From contig JAKFBS010000004.1 of assembly GCA_036677065.1 (NCBI GenBank), positions 288,001 to 352,000 of the forward strand: DNA of 64,000 nt, read 5' to 3'. The notes below the pieces were generated by a model, which worked only from the letters and a program-made list of their open reading frames with translations, searched no databases and was not told where the DNA came from. The stretch's first letter is position 1. Each line of letters begins with the position of its first letter. The DNA comes from Bdellovibrio sp. Lineage in GTDB: Bacteria; Bdellovibrionota; Bdellovibrionia; Bdellovibrionales; Bdellovibrionaceae. The position numbers were made by a program, and so were the translations under genes. Of this stretch, positions 1 through 9,289 are shown piece after piece.

Positions 1-2587
1 TAAAGGTGTGGGAACAGCAGAAGCTTACAAAGCAATTGATCCAGCAAAAGAAGCCTTAGGTTTTCCAAGTGAAAAAGTTCGTGGTGGTGTGGATTTAGTA
101 GGTACATCTTACGATTCAGCTTCTCCAGATTTTTCTCACCGTGTACCTAAGCCAGATTTGAATCCACTTGATGAAGGTGGTCACGGAACTCACGTAGCAG
201 GGACTGTTGCGGGTATTGGTGATAATTTAACTTCTTATAATGGTATGGCTCCAGACGCAGATCTTTACGCGATCAAAGTTTTCGGTGCTGATGGTTCAAC
301 TTCAGACATGGTTGTTATCGCGGCTCTTGAATACTCTGCTGATCCAAATGGTGATGGCGATTTACGTGACCAATTAGATATCGTGAATCTTTCATTAGGT
401 TCTGGTTACGGTAATCCAAAAATTCTTTACGCTGAAGCGGTAAAAAACTTAGCCAAAGGCGGAACAGTATCTGTGATCTCTGCAGGTAACTCTGGCGCAA
501 AAGATTATATCGTTGGTGCTCCGGGCACTTCGACTGAAGCTTTATCAGTTGCAGCATCTATTGATGATGGTGATCATAACTGGCATTTCACAGCTTCTAT
601 CGTAAAAGCAGGAGCAGAAGAAATTTCTGTTGAAACAATTGAAGCAGCAACAACTAAAAAAGTTTCTGAATCAGATGTAACTGGAGAATTAGCTTTCATC
701 GGAACAGCCGCTGCTGAATTAACTGAAGAGCAAATCGCTGCAGTTGTTGGCAAAGTTGCATTAATCGACCGTGGTGCGGTTACATTTAACGATAAAGTTA
801 AACGTGCAGCAAATGCAGGTGCAATCGGTGTTATCGTTGCGAACAATCAAGACGGCGCTGCTTTCACGATGGGAACTACAGATAAATTCGAAATTCCTGC
901 AATCATGGTTACAAAAGAAGTTGGAGCAAAATTAAAAGCAGCTCTTGCAGCTGGCCAAGGTGCTTCAATTCAATTTAAAACTGATAAAACAATCGAAAAA
1001 CCAGAGTTAGTAGACACATTAACTGGTTTCAGTTCAAAAGGTCCGCGTTCAATTGATGGTTTCTTAAAACCAGAAATCTCTGCTCCAGGCAGCGATATTA
1101 TTTCTGCTGACATGGGCGCAGGCGCTGGTGTTGTTAAACTTTCTGGTACGTCAATGGCAGCTCCTCATATGGCCGGTGTATTAGCGTTAGTTAAACAATC
1201 TTTTAAAAACCGTGAAATCGAAGTTTCGGCTTTAGATTTAAAACACGTTTCAATGGGTACAGCTAAAACAATCGGTGATACGGCTGGTCGTTACGCAGTC
1301 ACTCGCCAGGGTTCAGGCCGTGTACAAGCCGATGTTGCAGCAATGTCTGAAATCATCGCTGAAGAGCCTTCAGTATCTTTTGGTGAAATTAATATCGAAG
1401 CAAAAAAAGTTGTTAAATCGGTATTACATTTAAAAAATGTTGCTGCAGAAGACAAAGCGGTTAGCATTGAATTCGTAGGTAATGAATTCGTGCAATTAGC
1501 AAATGGTCAGTCAGTGACTTTAAAAGCTGGCGAATCAACAGCAGTGAAATTAACTTTCACACTTGATGCAACTAAAATGAAAGATGCTTACGTTCGTGAA
1601 ATGGACGGTTGGGTATTAGTTAAAGCTGACGGTAAAGAATTATACCGTGTTCCAGTTTTAGCAGTGGCTCACAAATTATCTGCGATCACATCTAAAGGTT
1701 TAACAGTTTTATCTTCTGCAAATGATGCTGACGGTGCAGCTGCTGAATTAGCTCTTAAAAATGAATCAGCAAATGCTGGTGAAGCGTTATTATTTAATTT
1801 ATTAGCTAAAGATGAACGTAAACCACTAGCACCTTCATTTATGAATGCTGATTGTGATTTACAAGCTGTTGGTTACAGAATCGTTGAAAAAGAAACTGAA
1901 GAAGGCAAAGAACAATTTGTTGAATTCGGTGTTAAAGTTTACAAACCAATGACGACTTGGAATTCATGTGACGTTTCTATCTTAGTTGATAGCGATAAAG
2001 ATGGCGTTGTTGAACAAGAAATCTTAGGTGCTAACACGAAATCAATTCCTGGTGAAACAGCAGAAATTTTTGCTTCTACTTTAATTGATACAATTAAAGC
2101 TCGTGAAATCAGAAAAGCTTTCGAAGTAAAAGTTGAAGCCGCGAAAAACGATGCAGCCGCATTAGCCGCGTTAAAAGATCAAGAAAAATACACTGATGCA
2201 CTTGTAGATCAAAATGATCTAACTATTTACAACAATTCAACTGTAGTTGTGGTTCAAGCGCGCATTAGCCAATTGAAACTTGATTCTAAAAATCAATTAA
2301 ACTTTAAAGTTGTAGTTACTCACAATGAACAAGCTTCTGTGCAAATGGATGATCACTTGGCGAATGAAAAAATGTTGTCAGTATCTATGGAGGCTTCAGA
2401 TCAATCTTTTGTTGGTCTTGCTGAAACTCAAGCAGTAAATGCAGGAGCAACTTCAACTGTTGAATTAACTAAAGGCCGTGGCGCGCAATCATTATTAGTG
2501 TTGTTACCACAAAATAAAGTGTCGTTCTCTGATGCTTTAAATGATCTTCAATTGTTAATTTTAAAACCGGAATTTAAAGTTCCGTAA
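1..2587 (+). CDS. S8 (subtilisin-like) serine protease with PA domain, 5'-truncated by window edge
   Basis: HGTHVAGT (His), SAGNSG (oxyanion Asn), SGTSMAAPH (Ser), PA-domain VALIDRG motif, KPEISAPG. The frame is open to the window edge and the catalytic Asp motif is not in the window. Confidence 0.93.
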   Translation, partial: KGVGTAEAYKAIDPAKEALGFPSEKVRGGVDLVGTSYDSASPDFSHRVPKPDLNPLDEGGHGTHVAGTVAGIGDNLTSYNGMAPDADLYAIKVFGADGSTSDMVVIAALEYSADPNGDGDLRDQLDIVNLSLGSGYGNPKILYAEAVKNLAKGGTVSVISAGNSGAKDYIVGAPGTSTEALSVAASIDDGDHNWHFTASIVKAGAEEISVETIEAATTKKVSESDVTGELAFIGTAAAELTEEQIAAVVGKVALIDRGAVTFNDKVKRAANAGAIGVIVANNQDGAAFTMGTTDKFEIPAIMVTKEVGAKLKAALAAGQGASIQFKTDKTIEKPELVDTLTGFSSKGPRSIDGFLKPEISAPGSDIISADMGAGAGVVKLSGTSMAAPHMAGVLALVKQSFKNREIEVSALDLKHVSMGTAKTIGDTAGRYAVTRQGSGRVQADVAAMSEIIAEEPSVSFGEINIEAKKVVKSVLHLKNVAAEDKAVSIEFVGNEFVQLANGQSVTLKAGESTAVKLTFTLDATKMKDAYVREMDGWVLVKADGKELYRVPVLAVAHKLSAITSKGLTVLSSANDADGAAAELALKNESANAGEALLFNLLAKDERKPLAPSFMNADCDLQAVGYRIVEKETEEGKEQFVEFGVKVYKPMTTWNSCDVSILVDSDKDGVVEQEILGANTKSIPGETAEIFASTLIDTIKAREIRKAFEVKVEAAKNDAAALAALKDQEKYTDALVDQNDLTIYNNSTVVVVQARISQLKLDSKNQLNFKVVVTHNEQASVQMDDHLANEKMLSVSMEASDQSFVGLAETQAVNAGATSTVELTKGRGAQSLLVLLPQNKVSFSDALNDLQLLILKPEFKVP

Positions 2588-2631
2588 GTAGGCCGTCCCT
2601 TTTCCGGGAGCGTCGTGCCAATAAAATTTTT

Positions 2632-2671
2632 AAAGTAAAAAAGGCTGGTCATGACCGGCCTTTTTTACTTT
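2632..2671. terminator. Bidirectional intrinsic terminator
   Basis: AAAGTAAAAAAGGCTGGTC-AT-GACCGGCCTTTTTTACTTT hairpin between convergent genes, with T-tracts on both strands. Confidence 0.85.
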
Positions 2672-3378
2672 GTAGAGAGTAAGATTTTTTTGCGGTGATC
2701 TGGATCTAATTTTTCAATCGAGTAGCGCAGCATCGTGCGTGGCATTTTTTTACCAAAACGATCAATAAACTTTAAAAGTCTTGCGCGATCTTTTTTGCCG
2801 GCTTCGCGAAGCATCCAGCCTGATGCTTTATGCATCAGATCTTCAGTTTCAGTTAAGAATTTTTGCGCCAATTTAAATGTTAAATCTAGATCGTGATGTC
2901 TGATTAAAGAAAATGTTGCAACCATAGCCATGCGTTTATCCCAATGAGCTTTTGATTGGCCCAGCTTTTCTAAAAGCGATATATCCTGAATCAAATGACA
3001 ATAGTTACCGACGATTTTGTGGGCTGACATATCGACAAGATCCCAGTTATTCACAAATTTTTTGTGCTTTAGGTATAAACTGACAATGGCTTTTTTTGTT
3101 TTAAGATCTTTGGTGCGGCGATAGTTCTCAGTTAAAATATGTAGTCCTAAAGCGCGATCTTCGTGAATAGGGCTCTGTAAAAGCTGTGAAATATCACTTG
3201 AACTCATTGTTAGAAACTTCAGGGCGATCGCACGATTACTGGGTACGTCTACTCCAATAAACTCATCACCTTCGCCGTATTGTCCGGGGCCTGTTTTGTA
3301 AAAGTATTTTAACGCTGCAACTCGATGAGGTTTAGCAATTTTTCTAAGGGCTTTTTGGGGTGCGTTTAATTTTTTCAT
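2665..3378 (-). CDS. DNA alkylation repair protein (AlkD-like HEAT-repeat glycosylase)
   Basis: KTGPGQYGEGDEFIGV, VNNWDLVD, HKASGWMLREAGK and MPRTMLRYSIEK motifs. Confidence 0.88.
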   Translation of the reverse strand: MKKLNAPQKALRKIAKPHRVAALKYFYKTGPGQYGEGDEFIGVDVPSNRAIALKFLTMSSSDISQLLQSPIHEDRALGLHILTENYRRTKDLKTKKAIVSLYLKHKKFVNNWDLVDMSAHKIVGNYCHLIQDISLLEKLGQSKAHWDKRMAMVATFSLIRHHDLDLTFKLAQKFLTETEDLMHKASGWMLREAGKKDRARLLKFIDRFGKKMPRTMLRYSIEKLDPDHRKKILLSTK

Positions 3379-3387
3379 CGACGATTG

Positions 3388-6009
3388 TTAATCACCACAA
3401 CTGTTTAAATAAAGGTAATTGCCGGGCCCGATGAAGGCTGTAAAAAGACTGCCTGTGACCATAGATCGCACCGATGTCGCATTCCAACCGCCGATTCCGA
3501 AATTGGCCGCGGTCGCAGCCACCGGAGATGTTTCAACGGCGTTAATACTTGAATTTAAGATACTGCCAGTGCCAAAAGTGGGGCTTGAAGCACTTGTGGC
3601 GTTATAATAAAGATGACCATTGCCGCCAGCACCATTGTTGTAAACAACTTCGGGGCAGCCATCGGTGGTAAAACTTAACGAAGCATTTAATAATCCGTCG
3701 GTAGCTGCAGCCGTTAAACCGCTGACTCCGGCAGAAGACTCAACGATACCATTGCCTAAGTTAACCCAGTTCGCCGAGCTTGTACAAAGCGCGAGCGCTG
3801 AAGTGCAAGATTTGTATCTAACTAAGTTTGTGGCGCGTTCATAAAAAGCGAGCGCAGGTTGGCCGCTGATAGGGTTTAGTTTTACTTTTAATCCCATGCC
3901 CATTGTTGCAGAAATAATTTGCGCTGCGGCTGTCCACGAAACACCGCCGTCAACCGACTGTGTATAGCGAACAGACGTGTTCGTTGTATTATGATAGGCT
4001 AGCACAATTGTTCCTGAAGTGTTGTAGTCAGAGCTTAGTTTTGAAAATTGATTTGTACCTGTATCTAATAATGTATTGTTAGACCAAGTTTCAGTCGCTG
4101 GGTTAAACTTTGCTGAACGGATAAAACGAGTAGCTGCTCCTGAGTTTGAAACAAACATGACAGGCGTTGCGATACCGGCTGAATATGACATTGCCAGGGC
4201 GACATTATTAACCGCTGGAAGTGTCGCAGCAGTTGCGTTGGCGACGGGGAACTGAAATTGAGACCAAATTCCAGAGCCATCAGTTTGTGAATTTGTAAGT
4301 AGAAAATATCTTAAAGTGTTGGCATCGTAATACGCGATCCATGGCTGGTCGTTATGGTCAAACGCAAGACTTACATTGTGCGGTGAATTTGCAGTGCCGA
4401 TATCGTTCGTAGTCCAAGAGTCGCTGCTTAAACTTCCAGTGCGGTATTTATATTTTAATCGGCCAGTCGTTGCAGACCCAACTGAAAAATCGATATAGGC
4501 AACGCCCGGACGACCAACTGATGTTGTTGCCACTGAAATCGTATTTGGTAATTGCGCCGTCGTAAGCTGTACCTGACCAGTGATATCTAATGGAATGTTT
4601 CCGAACACTGTGCCAGTCGCTGAAGAAGGCGAGCTTAAAGTTGTCGATGCGCAGCCAGTTGCTCCAGCAGGACAGTGAGAATAGGCTAAAACAACGTTAC
4701 CCAAAGTTTGCACCGGAGTTGCAGTTGCCGTGCGTCCGTAGGTTAATAAAAGTTGATCACCTGTATTATCGACGGCCAGACCACCACGAGTTAACCCCGC
4801 AGCAGCAATCGTTGTGGTTTCTATATTGGCCACTGAATTCCAAGCTGAAGTGATTGTGCCTGAAGAGTTATAATATCTTAGATTGGCAGTGCCCTCATTG
4901 ACCACAAGATGAAATTTGTTATTCGCATCACGGGCTAAGCTGGCCTGTCCGTTAGCTAATGTAGCCGCAGTTGCAATTACTCGGCTTGTCGCATGAAATG
5001 CCAATGGACCAGTTGCGCAATTACCAGTGCTCTGCGTATAAGCCCGCAGCTCATTACCGGTTGCCCGACGGGCAACGACATTAAATGGTTGCGACGACGA
5101 ATTATCTATATCAAGTTTAGCTACAAATTGATTCACACCGGTGGCGTTTACGCCATCAGTGATTGAAGCCGTAGCCCAATTCGCCGGAGTCAAACAGCTC
5201 GTAAGATTTGCTTGTGTGCAACGGGCGATCAAAGAGTTTGCGGTTCCAGGATAAACAACATACGGGTAGTAAACGCCGCTGCCTGCATTACAAAATTTTA
5301 TATCAGCTGAGTTCGAAGAAATGCTTGCGGTGTTTGAAATATAATTTCCAGCCGCACCCATGCCCGAATAATTACTGGCTGTCTCGCAATTCGAATCACA
5401 CAAAATAACGCGTGCAGAAGTTCCTACTGCACTAATGTAAAATACACCGACTTTATCATCGGGGCTGACCGTCGCTTCAACTGCGCGAGTTGTCATAGAA
5501 GCTACGTTTTCAATGGCGGTCGCAGTCCAACTGCTGGCGGTCATTGCTGATGAAGCTCTTGCAGCCATATAAACTGCGGTAGCGCCATTAGCCCAAAAAA
5601 TTAACGGTCGTCCATCTGATAAATAAACCAGCTTAACAAAGTTGTAAGTTAACCCAGCCGAGACAATCTCTAAATTGTATTTACTGCCATCCCAATAATA
5701 ATATTTTAAGCCAGCCATGCCGGCATCATTATAGATAAATGCAGGATAACCGTTTGCGGGGTTAATTGCGGTATCAGAAAATGCGCCACGCACTCCTGCG
5801 GTCGCAGCACTCGAGCGCTCGCCGTAGTCTAAGATTTTTGTGGTCGGAGTAGTGCACATATTTGAAGTTACGCCTGAAGCAACGGGTGGCGTAACTGACG
5901 GAGGGGTTGTGACATTGCTTACGCTGCCAGTCGAGTTGTCGAAGCAAGAATGAAAAAACAGCACCAGTAAAACGGTATAACTAAGTTTTAAAGCGTTTTT
6001 AAAAGTCAT
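3388..6009 (-). CDS. Large Ser/Thr/Ala-rich lipoprotein, probable tandem beta-propellers
   Basis: Lipobox-like LFFHS-C22. Repeated blade motifs (LAFDHNDQPWIAYYD, GRPGVAYID, GQPALAFYE, LKY/LRY...W) and paired Cys. Confidence 0.65.
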   Translation of the reverse strand: MTFKNALKLSYTVLLVLFFHSCFDNSTGSVSNVTTPPSVTPPVASGVTSNMCTTPTTKILDYGERSSAATAGVRGAFSDTAINPANGYPAFIYNDAGMAGLKYYYWDGSKYNLEIVSAGLTYNFVKLVYLSDGRPLIFWANGATAVYMAARASSAMTASSWTATAIENVASMTTRAVEATVSPDDKVGVFYISAVGTSARVILCDSNCETASNYSGMGAAGNYISNTASISSNSADIKFCNAGSGVYYPYVVYPGTANSLIARCTQANLTSCLTPANWATASITDGVNATGVNQFVAKLDIDNSSSQPFNVVARRATGNELRAYTQSTGNCATGPLAFHATSRVIATAATLANGQASLARDANNKFHLVVNEGTANLRYYNSSGTITSAWNSVANIETTTIAAAGLTRGGLAVDNTGDQLLLTYGRTATATPVQTLGNVVLAYSHCPAGATGCASTTLSSPSSATGTVFGNIPLDITGQVQLTTAQLPNTISVATTSVGRPGVAYIDFSVGSATTGRLKYKYRTGSLSSDSWTTNDIGTANSPHNVSLAFDHNDQPWIAYYDANTLRYFLLTNSQTDGSGIWSQFQFPVANATAATLPAVNNVALAMSYSAGIATPVMFVSNSGAATRFIRSAKFNPATETWSNNTLLDTGTNQFSKLSSDYNTSGTIVLAYHNTTNTSVRYTQSVDGGVSWTAAAQIISATMGMGLKVKLNPISGQPALAFYERATNLVRYKSCTSALALCTSSANWVNLGNGIVESSAGVSGLTAAATDGLLNASLSFTTDGCPEVVYNNGAGGNGHLYYNATSASSPTFGTGSILNSSINAVETSPVAATAANFGIGGWNATSVRSMVTGSLFTAFIGPGNYLYLNSCGD

Positions 6010-6727
6010 AACCGGCTCCTAACAGAAATTGAAATCTTTGGAATTTTTCTTCGGCATTCAAAGTGCCGCGGCTTCCCTGGCCATCGTAAGAAGTTGATTC
6101 AAATGAATATTCAGATTTTTGCAAGATAGACCAGATATCATTTAATAAATATTTCGCCACATACCCTAAATGAATATTGTACGAGTTTTGGTTAAATCCG
6201 GTGTTGCTTGTTAATTCCTTTTTAATAAACGGCAGTTCTAAGTCAGTAAAGACGTGAACAGATAAATTTGACTGATGCCAAACATTTTTTTCAATAAAAA
6301 GATTAATGGCGTGCAATTCTGAACTGGCAATTAAAATGTTAGGTGTTGTTTCACCAGCAGTAATTTTATTAAAGCTGTAACCTGCGCCGACATTTATATT
6401 TTCTAAGTTTGCGACAAGTTTATAATTTAATTTTGTCTGCTGAGAATTAATTGAACTTGGAGTTAATGAACTAGGAACCGATAATTTATGATTTGCGTTA
6501 GCTAATGAAACACGGTGTTCTTGAGTGCTTTCGTCGTTTTGATAAGTGTAATTCAGCAAAAAAGCGTTGCCCGCTGAAATGGGTTGCTCGGCATTAAACT
6601 GATCGCTGGCTAAGCTGTACTTAAAAAGACTAGCCCCATAAAACGCCTGCAGTTTATGAACGGTATTTGCCTGCGCTAAATTAAAGTTGAATGTCAGTAA
6701 TAATGAAAAAAGAAAAATTTTCTTCAT
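5999..6727 (-). CDS. Outer-membrane beta-barrel protein
   Basis: Signal peptide MKKIFLFSLLLTFNFNLAQA, amphipathic strands, C-terminal LGAGYDF. The ATG at 6727 overlaps the upstream TAA (TAATG). Confidence 0.7.
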   Translation of the reverse strand: MKKIFLFSLLLTFNFNLAQANTVHKLQAFYGASLFKYSLASDQFNAEQPISAGNAFLLNYTYQNDESTQEHRVSLANANHKLSVPSSLTPSSINSQQTKLNYKLVANLENINVGAGYSFNKITAGETTPNILIASSELHAINLFIEKNVWHQSNLSVHVFTDLELPFIKKELTSNTGFNQNSYNIHLGYVAKYLLNDIWSILQKSEYSFESTSYDGQGSRGTLNAEEKFQRFQFLLGAGYDF

Positions 6728-8220
6728 TAAGACTCCCATTCTAAATAAAGTAACTCTTTTAAAGATTCGTCGACTTTTTTCTTCTCATCTGCCGGAAGGC
6801 GTTTAGAAGCTTGTTCAAGCAGGCTTGACAGGTTTTCAGTTTGTGCGGCCATTGCCACCGGAAACTCTGTAGATTTGAAAAGAGTCATTGCTGCCGTGAT
6901 CATGCTTTCAATGCGCATGACAATCACCGTATTAAAGACAGCTTTGTGAAATAAGTAAGACGAAGGTTTAACTTTGCTCCAACTTAATTTGGCATTGCCA
7001 TAACTTTTTCAATTATAGTAAATGTTGCCTAGTAAGAAATATTCGGCATCAGATTTAGTTTTGATCTTTTTCAAGTGAGCCAAAATTTCATTATACTTTT
7101 TTGATGCGTAAAGATGTTTGTTCGGTTCAGGTAGGATCGATTTTGATTTTGGTGAAACGCTTGCAGTCATTGCAGCTGTATTTTTCTGAAATAAACTATT
7201 TTGCAAATTCAGAGCTGTTTTAATGTCGTCGTCGTTTTTAGCCGTGTTCATGAACTGGCTTAAAACATCAAACGCCTTTTGTGATTCGTTAAGTTGGTTA
7301 TAAAATTCGAACAGAGCCGAGGTGATTTCAATGTTACCTGGTTTTTTGTTAGAGGCGGCTAAAAACATTTTCTCAGCCTGTTCATAATTTTTCATTAGTT
7401 GGTAATGATGACCGATTTCGGTTAAAATAGCCGGGTAATCTTGATAGGCTGCAAGATATCTGTTGAAATGTTCCAGTTTGAAATTTGCATCAATATTTTT
7501 AGTCGCGTTTAGATATCCCAGAAAACATTTGGGTGAAACTTCAAGCGTTGTAAGACAACGTTTGTACAGTTCGGGCTGTTTGTCTGATAAGTTTTGTTTT
7601 GTGTTTAATTCGGCTTGTAATAAATAAGCCTGCTCGGTGGGTTTGGCTTTAGCAAAGTAGACATCAAGGTCTGCTTTCGCCAAAGGTAAATTATTTAATT
7701 TTAAATGAAGTGCAGCTCGCTTAAGATAAAATGACGGCTCAGATTGATTACTGATAAGAATATTAAGATATGTGATTGCTTCGTCGGGTTGGTTCAGAGC
7801 GAAAGAACAATCGGCCAGAACGTTATAAAATTTTACCTTATTGGCCAAGTGGGGAAGCATAAATTTAGCTTTGTCACAGGCTTCGGCTGGCTTTTGCTGG
7901 GCTAGATATTCTACGGCTAGCTGGTGGTTGAAATTGACGTCAAATGGAGCTTTTTTAATTTTATCGTGTAAAAGTGTAACAAATCTTTCAGTCAGATTAT
8001 TTGCTTTGTAAAGTTTTGAAAGTTTATCGAGCACATAGATTTCGTTTTGTTTGTCAGTGTTCAGTAGTCTTTTCAGTTTTTGGATGGCTTCAAGTTCATT
8101 TTTCTGCGCTAAAAGATGTTCGACGGTTTTATAATTATCAGCATGACTGTTTTTAATGAAAATTATATCGCTGGCCTGCGCATTAAGTGCAGTCACAAGG
8201 ATGGTTATAATTAGTTTCAT
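6727..8220 (-). pseudogene. Secreted TPR-repeat protein interrupted by one in-frame TGA (7009-7011); 497 aa if read through
   Basis: ORFs 7009-8220 and 6727-6927 share one frame with 27 open codons between them. The TPR motif runs across the stop (YFLLGNIYYN*KSYGNAKLSWSK). Confidence 0.72.
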
Positions 8221-8250
8221 AATAAGCGCCTCCGAATTATTTACCTGTGC

Positions 8251-8277
8251 TCATCGGAGGGTAAACAAAAGTACTAA
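8251..8277 (-). promoter_or_regulatory. Candidate sigma28 (FliA) promoter for the TPR-barrel-lipoprotein operon
   Basis: TTAG-N15-TCCGATGA versus consensus TAAA-N15-GCCGATAA. Confidence 0.4.
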
Positions 8278-8315
8278 AGTGAGACTGAACCTTTGTCCAG
8301 ACGAAGCAAGTTTTC

Positions 8316-9176
8316 TTAGAATAGACCCTTACTTAATTCAAACAGATGAGATGTGAACTCTTCAATGGCTGTTTGGGTCGCGATATTTTTTCGTGATATT
8401 AATTTAATATCACGGCTGATCGATGGTGAAAATAAGCTGTAACCTTTTTTTGGAATATTTAAATGTTGGGCCATGCCTAAAGGAATAATTCCGTTACCAA
8501 AACCTTCTTTAACCATCTGTGAAATCGCGGCAAAAGATTCGACGAAAACAAAGTCGGACGATTTTAATTTCGAATTTTTTAAAAGTTTATCTTCAAGATT
8601 TCGCCAAGTGCCCGAATTTTTTTCGATAGTGATGACTTTAGTGGTTTCGCTGGCTGCATCTTCATCAAATTTATTATAAATAAAAACCAGCGGCTCTTCA
8701 GTGATGCGCGCAGAAAATAAATTACTGCTGCTGGCTGATGAAGAGGGGATACATAATCCCAGATCATAGCGACCCAATTTGACATTTTCCTCGACCAGCG
8801 TACTTCGGTGAACGTGCAGATCAAATTCGATGTTTTTAATTTTACGCCCAGCTTGCTTGATGAGTTTTGGTCCCCAAGTAGCTGCAATCGAATCTGACAG
8901 TGCAATTGAATAGCGCGTGATGCCATTTTCTGGTTTTAACTGCTTCAAACTTTTCAGTTCGGTGACAAGTGGCCGTGCGCGTAGAATGAACTCTTGCGCC
9001 TGAGGGGTCAGTTTTACTCGACGCCCATCGGGTATTATGAGCTTAAAACTGACTTCATTTTGTAGGGCTTGTAGGCGTTTACTCACTGCTGATTGAGTTA
9101 GACGCAATTGCGCAGCAGCTTCGCTGATGGTTCCGGTTCTTTCTAGGGCAATAAGGGCTTCGATTCCGTCTAGCAT
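8316..9176 (-). CDS. LysR-family transcriptional regulator
   Basis: N-terminal HTH GTISEAAAQLRLTQSAVSKRLQALQ...VKLT; divergent from aconitase. Confidence 0.93.
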   Translation of the reverse strand: MLDGIEALIALERTGTISEAAAQLRLTQSAVSKRLQALQNEVSFKLIIPDGRRVKLTPQAQEFILRARPLVTELKSLKQLKPENGITRYSIALSDSIAATWGPKLIKQAGRKIKNIEFDLHVHRSTLVEENVKLGRYDLGLCIPSSSASSSNLFSARITEEPLVFIYNKFDEDAASETTKVITIEKNSGTWRNLEDKLLKNSKLKSSDFVFVESFAAISQMVKEGFGNGIIPLGMAQHLNIPKKGYSLFSPSISRDIKLISRKNIATQTAIEEFTSHLFELSKGLF

Positions 9177-9192
9177 AAAGTCATGTATTCCT

Positions 9193-9209
9193 TATAAGAC
9201 TACATTATA
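9193..9209. promoter_or_regulatory. LysR-type operator (ATAA-N7-TTAT / T-N11-A)
   Basis: TATAA-gactaca-TTATA dyad in the divergent intergenic region, overlapping a TATAAT on the minus strand (9204-9209). Confidence 0.55.
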
Positions 9210-9289
9210 TTCCTATTATTCTATTTTTTCAACTAAGCTTTTAGCCGAGAATGAAAACGTACTGAGAAACCACATTCAAGGAGTGCCGT

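Noticed and set aside
7009..7011. Genome-wide TGA reassignment or selenocysteine
   Set aside because: TGA is a normal stop in ATGA overlaps at 13448-13451 and 30653-30656. The position is a TPR helix rather than a redox site, and I saw no convincing SECIS hairpin.
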